The position numbers were made by a program, and so were the translations under genes. A stretch of 64,000 nt of DNA from the human T2T-CHM13v2.0 reference genome, Homo sapiens. Shown here in pieces: positions 1 to 37,146 of this stretch. Below the pieces are notes generated by a model that worked only from the letters and a program-made list of their open reading frames with translations, was not told the DNA's origin and searched no databases. Positions within the stretch are counted from its first letter, which is position 1. Each line of letters starts with the position of its first letter. Where the stretch lies: assembly GCF_009914755.1 (NCBI RefSeq), contig NC_060946.1; one strand, given 5' to 3'.

Positions 1-600
1 CTGGTTCCATAAGCAGACCAGGGCTCTGTTTAGCAAGAGAAATAAGGAGGGATGGCTGCTGGGCAGGGTCTGCCCTCCCAAAAATTGCCACAGGAAGCAG
101 TTCCCAGGCATAGTCCCATTTGATCCTCACACAATCTCATAAAGCTGAGGCGATTCTCTGCCAATTTAGCAGACAAGGAGACAAAGCTAGCAAACAGCAG
201 AGCTGGCACCTAGACCCAAACCTGGGTTCCTCACCACTCTGCCGCCTGCAGGTCACCAGAGGCCTCAAATGCACGGGGCTGCTGCCGGGTGTCAGTTACA
301 TCCGCCTCACCTGCACCTGCCGTCTCTTGGCTCTGAGTGTGCAGGTCAGGGTACTTGAGTGCCCAGGTACTGACAGGTGACTGCACCATGCAGAGCTCCA
401 TGTGGCCGCTGTGCACTGGAGAGCTTTGCCCAGAGCTATGGGCTGAGCCCCTGCCATTGGTTCCTTCATCCATCCAGCGTCTGCAGGCCCCAGGCACCAA
501 GGCAGGCCTTAGGAGGCACAGGCGCAGATCCTGACCTCAAAGACAGACTTTGGCACCCAGTGCCTTCCTAATTCAAGGAGATCTTGGGTAGAATGTTTGA

Positions 601-1035
<435 letters not shown>

Positions 1036-1037
1036 TA

Positions 1038-2730
<1,693 letters not shown>

Positions 2731-2734
2731 AATA

Positions 2735-3029
2735 TCGCTCTGTCACCCAGGCTGGAGTGCAGTGGCGCGATCTTGGCTCGCTGCAACCTCCACCTCCCAA
2801 GTTCAAGTGGTTCTCCTGCCTCAGCCTCTTGAGTAGCTGGAATTACAGGTGGCCGCCACCACGCCCGGCTAATTTTTGTATTTTTAGTGGAGACAGGGTT
2901 TCACTCTGTTGGCCAGGCTGAACAACAGAGAGTTGGCTGGCCAACTCTCGAACTCCTGACCTCAGGTGATCCGCCTGCCTCAACCTCCCAAAGTGCTGGG
3001 ATCACAGGCGTGAACCACCGTGCCCGGCC
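2735..3029 (-). mobile_element. Alu (tail-less) with a small internal inverted insertion
   Basis: Alu consensus blocks. Confidence 0.9.
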
Positions 3030-3790
3030 ATGCTTCCACCTTTTGGCTATTGTGAATCATTCCACTGTGAACCTGGGTGTGCAAATATTTCTTCGAGACC
3101 CTGTTTTAAGTTCTTTGGGGTATCTACCCAGAAGTGGGATTGCTGGGTCATATCGTAATTCTGTGTGAATGTTTCTGGGGAACCACCGTGCTGTTTTCCA
3201 CAGTGGCTATACCATTTTACATTCCTCCAGGGGTGGTTTTCTAGTGAATTTGAGGTTGACTTAGAAGATAGTCAGTGAAGTACAGATGTGGAGAAAGGCA
3301 CGGCCTGGATATGGAGGAGGAGGGCAGGTGACAGGCAGGGAGGCTTGGGAGGAAGAAGCCTCCCTGGGCTGACCACAGAGGGTTCTGCATGCCTTGTTGG
3401 TGAGTGTGAGCCTCGCCTGGGGTCAGAAGTCATGGAAGGTTATGAGCAAGGGAGTGGCTTGACTACTCTGTGTCAAGAAGCCTAAGGGGGCAGCAGAGAG
3501 TGACGTGGCTCATGGTGGGATAGTCCAGGGTGAGGAGAGGGAACCCCAGAGGAGTTTCTCAATGGTTGGGTCAAAAGAGAGTGAGGACCCAAAACCAAGG
3601 CCACAGAAGGAAGAAGAAAGGACAGTGAACATGGAGCTGGGTCAGCAGGGCCCGGGCTGTGGTGAGGCAAGCCAGGCCCCTACCCGGAGCACAACATTTT
3701 AAAACAAGACAGGATCTGACAAAGCCAAGATTAGAGTGAGGCGAGCGAGGCATTGTGTAAGTGCTCGTTTCAACTCCTGTCTTGAAGTGA

Positions 3791-4472
<682 letters not shown>

Positions 4473-4999
4473 AATATATACATATTGCATGAAATGATGA
4501 CTTATTTTGATCACTGAGAATTTTTGGTGCCCCTTTAACCTTTGCACCTGGGGCAGGTGTCTCACCCTTAGTCCTGTCCCCACAAGACATGTTCCATCAC
4601 CTAACAACATGAAGTGAGTGCCCATGGTGTGTCCGCAGCTGAGCTAGGATCTGGGAATCCAGTCATAGGTAAAACAGCTACACACTTCTTCATCCTTCAA
4701 TGTACAGCCAAAGAGATCCTAAGTCAGAAGGGACAGCTATCTGGGCAGGCAGCCTCATCCTGTGCTCAGCTGGAAGAAATGGAAGAAACGTGGTACAGAA
4801 TGAAACAGACATTCCACTTACGTTTCGTTGTTTTGACCACACACCGTCTGAACCGCACCTTGTAGGCTGTGGACCCAGGGACCACCCCCCGCCCGCCCGC
4901 CTAGAAACTAAAAATCCCCACTACGCCCTTTCTCAGACACAGCTGAAGTCTGTGAGGCTCACCAATCAGGCACACCAACTCAAGACTGAACAACAAAAT

Positions 5000-9930
<4,931 letters not shown>

Positions 9931-9974
9931 CCTTGTTTCCCTTGTTTCTTCATCTGTAACAGGAGGACTGGAAG

Positions 9975-10432
9975 TGAGGCAGGAGGCAAGACTCGACACT
10001 GGACCAGATTGAGGACTAGCTAAAACAAGGAAGAGGCAAAAGCACCTTTCCATAAGACACACCCATCAGTGTGCCTTGTCACTTTACCATTGCCATGGCA
10101 ACATCCAGACATTAATGCCTCTTTCCATGGCAACGACCCATGACCCGGAAGTTACTGCCCTTTATCTAGAAATTTCTGCATAATTTTCCCCGTAATTTGC
10201 ATATAATTAAGTGGGTATAAATATGACTGCATAATTGCTCCTGAGCTGCTACCCTCAGCATACTGACCTTGGAGTAGCCCTGCTCTGCAGGAGCAGTCTC
10301 AGAACTGTTAACACTTCCACTTCAATAGAGATGTTTTCTTCCCCTATCAGCTCACTCTTGGATTCTTTCCTGAGCAAAGCCAAGAACCTTCCTGGGGTAA
10401 GCCCCAATCTGGGGCTCACTTGCCCCACATGA
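9975..10432 (+). mobile_element. ERV1/MER4-group solo LTR (subfamily not determined)
   Basis: TG start, CCATGGCAAC and CCGGAAGT blocks, TATAAATA, end ...GGGGCTCACTTGCCCCACATGA; GAAG/CAAG near-TSD. Confidence 0.75.
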
Positions 10433-10842
10433 CAAGTATCATCAACTTAATTGAGCAGAATAACGGGACGGTGCCTGAGTATGCATGCACACACTGACTG
10501 CAGCTGAGCTCTTAATCCTCTGTGATTTTGTGTTCATTCTTTCCATTGTTTCCATCTTTAGTCCACCATGCTGTGATCAGCCAGTTTCAGGATGCTGAGA
10601 GGAAAAAGATGACAACTCCTACCATTGACCAAAGGCCAAATATGTGCCAGGGGCAGTGCTCAATCCTCATGTCTCTAACCTGTGCAACAGTTCCGTAAGG
10701 TCACACAGAAGGAGTGAGCAATGGGGGTCTGATGTGTTGTCTCCTCTGTGGCACCAACCTCCTCAGAGGTAATAGAACAAGGTGACAACAACAGAGCCTG
10801 GGAGTAAGTGAGGGTGAAAAATAGAAAAGGGAGGAAGAAAGA

Positions 10843-11575
10843 GGATGGATGGATGGATGGATGGATGGATGGATGGACAGGTAGATGGATGGATGGATGG
10901 ATGGATGGATGGATGGATGGATGGACAGGTGGATGGATGGATGGATGGATGGATGGATGGATGGATGGACAGGTGGATGGATGGATGGATGGATGGATGG
11001 ATGGATGGATGGATGGACAGGTAGATGGATGGATGGATGGATGGATGGATGGATGGATGGATGGACAGGTGGATGGATGGATGGATGGATGGATGGATGG
11101 ATGGATGGATGGATGGACAGGTAGATGGATGGATGGATGGATGGATGGATGGATGGATAGATGGATGGATGGATGGACAGGTGGATGGATGGATGGATGG
11201 ATGGATGGGCAGGTGGACAGGTGGATGGATGGATGGATGGATGGACAGGTGGACAGGTAGACGGACAGAGGGATGGACAGATGGATGGATGGATGGATGG
11301 ACAGGTAGATGGATGGATGGATGGATGGATGCACGGATGGATGGACGGATGGATGGATGGACAGGTGGACAGGTAGACGGATGGATGGATGGACAGGTAG
11401 GCAGGTAGACGGATGGTTGGACGGACGGATAGGTAGATGGGTGGGTGGATGGGCGGGTGGATGGGTGGATGGATGGACAGGTGGATGGATGGATGGATGG
11501 ATGGATGGATGGATGGATGGATAAATACGCAGATGGGTGGGTGGGCGGGTAGGTGAATGGACAGGTGGGTAGATG
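10843..11575 (+). repeat. (GGAT)n satellite with recurring GGACAGGT interruptions
   Basis: Direct inspection. Confidence 0.98.
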
Positions 11576-12694
11576 AAGAAGTATAGACATGGAGAGAGAC
11601 AATGGCTAGATAGACTTAGAAGGTGAATTAAACATGATCCCAACCCTCCAGGATTTCCCAATCAAGGAAGAGGGTGTGCTAAGTGTGGAGCTTGCCAAGA
11701 AGTTGAAATATTTTATCTGTAGTGACACACTCAGAGTCTTGCATTTTCCAGCCACACCATAGTGTGTGTGATGAAGACCAGCCAGGCAGGCTGTGACTTG
11801 GAGCCAACATACTTGATTGCTCCAATAACAGATTTGTATGTTGCTTCATTTGACAGGCTGGTCGAGTGCCTACTAGGTACGAGGCACTGTTCTAGGCTCT
11901 GAGGACAGAGTAGTGAACAAGGTAACTCCAGGTGGAGTTTCCATGGGGAGTGGAGAAGGGAGATGAGGAGAGATATACACGTGGAGTGAGCCAGATGAGG
12001 CCAGATGCTACAGAGATCAACAGAGCAGAGTGAGAAAGGGGGGCTTGGGGCAGGGGCAGGTGGGACAGGATGGGTGTCACTTGCATGGATGCCTGAAGGC
12101 AGCATAGGGGTGAGTCACAGCTCCTCTGAGATTGGGGAGAAGCAGGGACTTCCCCAGGATCATCAGTAACAATGTGGCCGGGTCAAGGCTGTCACCCAAG
12201 TACATGGACAGGTGTTGGGGTTCTGGGGTTCCTGAGCTGACACTTTAAAATACTGGAAACACACCAGACATGGTGTCAGCAGAGGAGGAAAGGGTGGAGC
12301 TTGGACCTAGCCACCAGCAGCTGCATGCTCTCCCTAAGCCTGCGTGCCCTCCCTAAGCCTGCGTGCTGTCCCTGTCCTGTCTGTTATCTCCTTCATCCCT
12401 CAAAAACGGTCTTATGTGTACTAGGAGCTCACGGATAGTTTACTTTAGTAGCAGTAAATGTTTCACATTTTATTATTTTACAAAAGCAAAAATTGCTGTC
12501 CAAAGAAAGCTACAGCTCCACGCTCTGGTTGAAGGCTGAGGGCCGGGACCAAGAAGACACCTTGGGGAAATGAGGATCTGAGTGAACAGAGGAGAGTTCC
12601 TAAGAGTTCGCAAGGTGAAGCTGAGTGCCTGAGGAGGGTAGGAGAGAAAAGGACCAGCCCAGCAGCCATGTTCTCTCTCTCCCAAAGTAAACGG

Positions 12695-12960
12695 GGCTAT
12701 TAGGATTAGGTTCAGTTGCAAGGGACAGAAAACCCAAAACCAGAGTAGCTCAAACAGAAAGAAGTTTCTTTCTTCCGTGAAAGCTCCTGAACAAGGCAGC
12801 CCAGGTATTGGGGACCCTGCCTTCCATCTTGCTCCATAATCCTCAGCATGTGGCTTTCACCTCATGGCTCAACATGGCTGCTTGAGCACCAGACATCACA
12901 TCTGTATTACAGCCAACAGTGCAGTGGAAAGGCATGAAGAAAAGAATGCTTTCTCTCCAG
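12695..12960 (-). mobile_element. MLT1-type LTR fragment
   Basis: GGTTCAGTTGCAAGGGACAGAAAACCC...ATGGCTGCT pattern. Confidence 0.55.
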
Positions 12961-14173
12961 CAAAGGGGTTTCTGGAAGAATGCCATTTTAGCCTGGCAAC
13001 ATTAAGACCTTGAAAAAGCCCACCGGGCCCCTGGAAGGCCCACGGACTCTGCTGCGCTGCTGTATGGGATGGCACCCAGGAAATGGGCACCCAGGCCTCG
13101 GAAGTGCCTGCAGCAATCCATGGCACAGACCAGCTGTTGGTAGCTGCCAGGATGCTGCACGCACTGGGCTCTCCAGCTGACTTCTGATGTCCGTCTCCTG
13201 GTGGAGTTGTCTCTTCCTCCTCCCAGCCAGATCCTTCTCCTGTGCCCTGGAAACTGAGAACACTGGGGATTTAGGGGAGAAGGGAAGGCCCCAGTCACGA
13301 TTGGGCAGGCAGGGGTAGGAGCTGCCAGGTAAACAGATCCCTCTGATGTGCACGGCCCACTACCACCATGGGTAGACTCTACTTCCTCAAGGGCAGGGCT
13401 AGGAACCCCAGGATGAATTCAAATCAAATGACTATAAAATCTCCTGGCCGTGACAGGCACATGTCAGAGGTTCAAGAAAGTGAGTGAGTGAAGGAATGAA
13501 TCAGTCCATTGATCAATCAATTGCTGGGAGCCCAAATGTTATTCAGTCTAACCTCAGCCACATTGTTCCCCAGTTTTCGCTTACACACTTCCAGTGACAG
13601 GGAGCTCACTACTTCAGGTGGCAAAATGGTTTTAGTTTTAGATTGCCCTTATGAGCCAGATCTTTAGCTTCTGGGTCCCTCTCAGCCCCAGTCCACGCTG
13701 CAGGTGGGACCTAGAATACATTTAGCCTCTTTTTTATGGGCTGGTACCCAAGTCTTCATGAGCAAGAGAAAGCGCAGAACACAGGAGCTTGGAGCCCACG
13801 CACCTTTCCTCATCCTCTCTGGCCAGAGTGGGTCTGTGACTTGCCCAAGGCCACACAGCTGGCTAAGGGCTAAGCCAAGACCAGACCGCAGACCCGGCTT
13901 TCCACTGTTTCCTTCTAAATCCCACATCCCCTCTGGGACTTCCTTCAGTGTTCCCCACAGTGGGCACTCCCTCCCCACATCCAGCCCACCCCACGATGCT
14001 GAGGATCCACTTCCTCTATGGAGACCCTCAGGCTGCAGAAACCCATCTCTCGTCACTGCCAGAGACACGCACAAGTCCACGTGTCAGGAGCTGTGCCAGG
14101 ACCAAGACCAACAGAGTAGCCTGTGTGTCTCTTCTTCCCGCCAGACAGAGGCCTCCCCCAAGTTGCAGGCCTG

Positions 14174-14237
14174 CGTGTATGTGCACGCATGTGTGAGCAT
14201 GTATGTGTGTGTGTGTGTATGTGCACGCCAGTGTGTG
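14174..14237 (+). repeat. Imperfect (TG)n tract just downstream of the PDGFB 3' end
   Basis: Direct inspection. Confidence 0.85.
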
Positions 14238-14354
14238 AGATCACGCCTGAGGCTCCCAGAGTGAGAGGAACACGCCGCAAGCTGTCGGCACATCCTGCCA
14301 AGGCAGAAAGGTTAATTGTCACGCACGATGCCAACAGACAGACCTCCGGCGGAT

Positions 14355-15987
14355 TCATTTGGTTTTGTTTTGTGGTTATTTTTTTTTACAACTTTAAATA
14401 CGGAATATAAATAAATTTTACATTTAAAAAATAAAAGGAAAGCCCCCAAAAATATAATCACCGACTTTACAAACTGAAGGAAGCAGGTTTTGGAAGGCGG
14501 GAAGGGGGAAAGTGCAGTAGGTGGGAAGGGAGGTGGGAGCTCAGATCCCACCCCAGGGGGTCTTGGGGATCTTTTCCCTTCTCTCCCCCATTCCCAGCCC
14601 ACGAGCTGGTTTCCTAGGAGGAGCCACCAGAGGTGGAGCTCAGAAGGATCAAAGATGGGGAAGTGTGCAAGCAGGGAGGGGTGCGGGCAAGAGGGCTGCA
14701 CCCTCCCTTGGAGACCTTCTCCCAGGTGTCCCACACCCACCTGGAAGGGCAGTTGCTGGAGCAGAGGACTTTGGGAAATGGAGGTCATGTGGACAGCAGT
14801 GTTGCCTCCCTGCCCCTACCACAGTCTCCCTCCTATTTGGCCACTCCAAGCCACAGGCTGCATCAGGGGCACAGCCAGTCCACAAGGAGTCTTTGTGTGA
14901 ATTAGGAAAAGGATCCTTTTCCTCTTTACCTACATCTGCCAGAAATTGTCATAATAAATATACAAATCAGCTTTATCTATGATGTGAACAGTGCTCCCTG
15001 CATACAATGTCCTTGTGCAGTACACACCCTGCACAACCTTACATGGCAGTCGTGGCTGGGTTGGAATATGATGAGCAGGTCCCTTGCTGCCCTGGCCTCT
15101 AGTCTTCTGCCCTAGAGAGGAGTGACTGGGATCATCTGGGGCCTTAATAAGGGGTTCAAGAGCCCCTTGGTGGAGCAGACTGAAGGGCCAGGACAAGAGG
15201 AAAATGCAGGGTGGAGGTAGAGAGATGAAAGGAACCAGAGGAAGAGGTGAATCAGAGTGGAGTGTGGGGAGGAAGGGGTGGCAGGAGGCAGGGGATACCC
15301 AGGTCACCATCTACAGCCACCTCAACAGCAAACTCCATCTCTAACCCACCTGAGAGGGCACCCAGCCACTTGGTGTGCTGGCCACACCCACCAAGAGGAG
15401 TCCACGTCTTCAAAACGAAAACGAAAAGAAGCCACTGTGCACAGAGGCACCAGGGAGACGAGGTGACTGGTGTTTGGGCACCGTGGGAGGGGTTTTCTCC
15501 AGTCTGTGTGCCCGTCTGTGGTCTTAGCCATGGAGTCCGAGGCAGCCTGGCCTGCCTGGAGGTGCCTCCCCTCAGAGCTGGCCAGGGGTTCAGGGATCAG
15601 GCAGGCTATGCTGAGAGGTCCTCAGGGCTCCTCAGGACAGTCCACAGCGCTCAGGTGTGGCCCAGGCCAGGTGCAGGGGAAGGAGCCCGTTTCCCCCAAA
15701 GAGCGACCCCATCAGTCTCTCTCACACTCTTATCCCAAGTTCTTGGAGTTAAGGGAAGAAGATGGCGATGGAGTTCAGTCCTTCTTTTTCTTCTTGAGCT
15801 GCTGGGCAAGACGCCGGAGGCCGCTGGGAGGAGACCCGCTGATGGAAGGGTGGACGGACACGTGGAGGGGTGGGGGAAGCACCATTGGCCGTCCGAATCA
15901 GGCATCGAGACAGACGGACGAGGGAAACAATATTATCACTCCAAGGACCCCATGGGGGCAATACAGCAAATACCATATTAAATAACC
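14355..15987 (-). other. PDGFB: PDGFB exon 7 (non-coding 3'UTR); 3' end approximate
   Basis: Acceptor CCTGCAG|GG at 15987; AU-rich distal segment; candidate AATAAC signal at 14375-14380. Confidence 0.85.
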
Positions 15988-16396
15988 CTGCAGGCCAAGC
16001 AGAGAGACACAGGGGTCAGAGACAGCCTAGAGGGTCCATCCCATGTTCATATGTCCCCGATGCCAGGGGCAGGGAGCTGGGGTCAACTAGCCACCCCTGA
16101 TTTCCAGCAATGCTCAGGGCTGGGGGCATTGAGGGGCTGGGAAGATTGAGATTTAGACCTCCCATCCTCTTAGGGCATGCTGGGACACAGCTGGGCTGGG
16201 GTCTCCAAAGCCCACCACCCACCCTGCCCCAGCTGATAACTGGACAGGGAGGACCAAGGCTCAGAGGCTGGATTTTCTATGGAAAAATCCTTTCCCCTGA
16301 CCCCATCCACAGACCACAGAGAAGAAAACACAGGATTCTGGGCCTCAGTTGCCCCGCCTGGCCCTCACCTGCCCACACACTCTCCTGCCGATGCCC

Positions 16397-34747
<18,351 letters not shown>

Positions 34748-34786
34748 TCAGGCGCTCAGGCCTCTGCAGCCGCGGCTCACCCGCAT
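34748..34786 (-). other. uORF3 MRVSRGCRGLSA*, in frame with the PDGFB ORF
   Basis: gccATGc at 34786, TGA at 34748-34750; 153 nt upstream of the main ATG. Confidence 0.85.
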
Positions 34787-34872
34787 GGCCCCCGGGCGCC
34801 GCCGCCCCCGGCCCCGGCTCCGTCGCTGGGGGGCAGGGGAGGACCTGGGCGCAGGACCTGGGTCCGAGGCCG

Positions 34873-34905
34873 CTACCTGGGCGGATCCCGAGCCCGAGTG
34901 AGCAT
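34873..34905 (-). other. uORF2 MLTRARDPPR*
   Basis: ATG at 34905, TAG at 34873-34875. Confidence 0.85.
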
Positions 34906-35056
34906 CCACGGCCGGGGGGCTGCGTCGCGAACCAGCCGAGGCGTCTAGCCGTGTGGGGGCGCCCAGGGGACTCCAACCTCCAAGAGGAAAAGGAACACGG
35001 CAGTCGATGGTTCGTCTTCACTCGCCGGCTACAGGCGTTTTCCTCTGCCCGCCGGC

Positions 35057-35074
35057 TTAGCTTTTTTGCAACAT
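35057..35074 (-). other. uORF1 MLQKS*
   Basis: ATG TTG CAA AAA AGC TAA. Confidence 0.85.
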
Positions 35075-35671
35075 TTTCTGGAAAGGCCCCCAAAATCGGA
35101 AAGCGCGGAGCTGGGCACCTCAAGGCCCAAGTCTCCCCCAAAAAACTTTTTCCAAAGTTGGCTTTGCAACGGCAGCTCGAGCACCCGGGCAGGGAGAGGT
35201 GCAAACTCCCGCCCGGGCCGGGTAGGGGGGCGGGAGCGTGTGCGCCCTGGCGCGGGGCCCGGGCGGCGGGCACGGCTGCTCCGCGCGCGCGGCGTGCCCG
35301 CTGCGCGCTCGGCTGGGCCCGGCCGACAGGTGGACGCGGCGCGAGTCCGTCGGTCCGTCTGCCCGCCTGCTCGCCGCTCTGGGCGTCCTCTGCGGGCTGC
35401 GGGCTGCGAGCTGCGAGCTGCGAGCTGCGGCTGCTCCGGTTTTCTCTTTGCAGCGAGGCTGGAGGGTGGGCTTTTTTTTTTTTTTTTCCTTTTTGCGCGC
35501 GTATGTATGTGTGTGCGCGCAAAGTATCTCTATCTAGGGAATGAAAAATGGGCGCTGGCGGCCGGAGGGGAGCCCTAGGGAGGCAGCGGGGGAGGCTGCG
35601 GGTGCGCAGGGAGGCAGGCAGGCCGCTCCCGGCTGCAGGAGGAGAAGTTGCCACCCTTTCAGCTGTTCCGG

Positions 35672-35820
35672 CCTTTATAAAGGAGAAGGGAGAGTGCGAG
35701 AGGTGGGTGGAGACAGCCTTTCCTCTTCTGGCCCGGAGTCAGCGCCAGGAGGGGGGGGACGCGGGAGCTGGGGGAGGGCTTGGGGCCAGGGCGGGGCGCT
35801 TAGGGGGTCTCTGAGAGCCG
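35672..35820 (-). promoter_or_regulatory. PDGFB: PDGFB core/proximal promoter: TATA (35674-35681), CACCC/Sp1 proximal element (35702-35710), Ets GGAA (~35719-35723), AP-1-like TGACTC (35736-35741), shear-stress response element GAGACC (35806-35811 within CTCTCAGAGACC)
   Basis: Motifs read directly; arrangement agrees with the described c-sis promoter. Confidence 0.9.
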
Positions 35821-36988
35821 AGCAACCCTTCAGTCCATGAATCTGGCCCTGGGGAAAAAAGAACTAGGGGTGACCCACCGTCCCGCCCCTCAGCACAGTG
35901 ACCATGGACAGGTTAGGAGCCCACGTGGTCTAGGGGGATGTCTCCAGAGCCAAGGCCAGGAGTCCACGCTCCCCTCCAGGACCAGACATTTCCACCCTGG
36001 CACAGGCATGGCAGGGAGGGACTCAGGCTCTGCAGTCTGAGAGCCTGAATTCAGATCCTGCCCTGGCACTCGGGAGCTTGGGTCACCTTGGGCAAGTCAC
36101 TTCCCTCTGTCCCCTCCATCTAGCCTCAACCTGGAGATGGGGCTATTGTAAGGACTCAGTGTTAGCAAGGGAAGACACCGCAAGGTGAACCCACAGAACC
36201 CGGCAGCCAGCGCCCTTCAGCTGCAAGCTGGGTCCGAGTCTCCTCCTCCTAGCTGGTTGCCTGGCACAACAGGCCCTGCCAGCGTTGGCTGAATTTGAAT
36301 TTGTTGAACTGCAAAGTCACACAAACCCCCACAGCCCTGCAGCATCTTCGCAGGGCTACCAACATGATCTTCCCGTCAGTCACCCTGCTGTTTACTATCT
36401 CCCTCAGCCCCCGGGTTCGAGGCCCAGAGCCCACCCACCCACAACCAGCCTTCACACAGTTAACGCCTTCTGCCCCCAGTCAGGGAGCTGCTGTGTCCCT
36501 GCCTTCAGCAGTCACACTGTCTCAGTCACAGTCACACGTACTCACACTGGGCCCAGCACCCCCCTCGGGACACGCAGGCTCCTGCATCACCCAGCCTCCC
36601 GGCTTTGAGGCACCCTCATCTCCTCCGCTTGCACTGTCTCTGTTATCCGCCCTTCCCTTTGGGATGTCAGCCTGCTTCTCACAGAGGAGCACACTGAGAG
36701 AGTCACACCTGCTCTCTCTTCATAGACTGTCTTCTTGGACCTGGACAGGGTGGAACAGAGGAGGAAGGACATCTCAGGTGGTCTTTACAGACCACTGCAG
36801 GCACCCACCCACTGCTGCCTACCACCCAGCAGCGTGGCACAGTGGCAGAGACACAGCCTGAAGACACATCACCTTGGTCCAAATCCTGGAGTGGCCACTT
36901 GCTGGACAAGTGTCTGCAGGAAGGTTTTTTAACCTCTCAGTACCTCGGTTTCCTCCTTTATAAACTGGAGATGAATTTATAAACTGGA

Positions 36989-37146
36989 GCTGGGTGTGGT
37001 AACAAGCTCCTGTAGTCCCAGCTACTCAGGAGACTGTGGATCGTTTTGAGCCCAGGAGTTTGAGGCTGCAGTGAGTTGTGACTGTGCCACTGCACTCCAG
37101 CCTGGGCAACAGAGCAAGACCCTATCTCTAAAGAAATAAAAATAAA
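36989..37146 (+). mobile_element. Alu right-arm monomer
   Basis: Alu consensus blocks and A-rich tail. Confidence 0.88.

Noticed and set aside
10843-11200. CRISPR-like repeat-spacer periodicity
   Set aside because: The spacers are just (GGAT)n; human DNA with no cas genes
10675-11661. Long ORFs (328, 279 and 150 aa; PSIH/MDGW repeats)
   Set aside because: Translations of the GGAT satellite; low complexity and no gene structure
15247-15985. 244-aa and 171-aa plus-strand ORFs
   Set aside because: Antisense to the PDGFB 3'UTR with non-ATG starts and no homology I recognise
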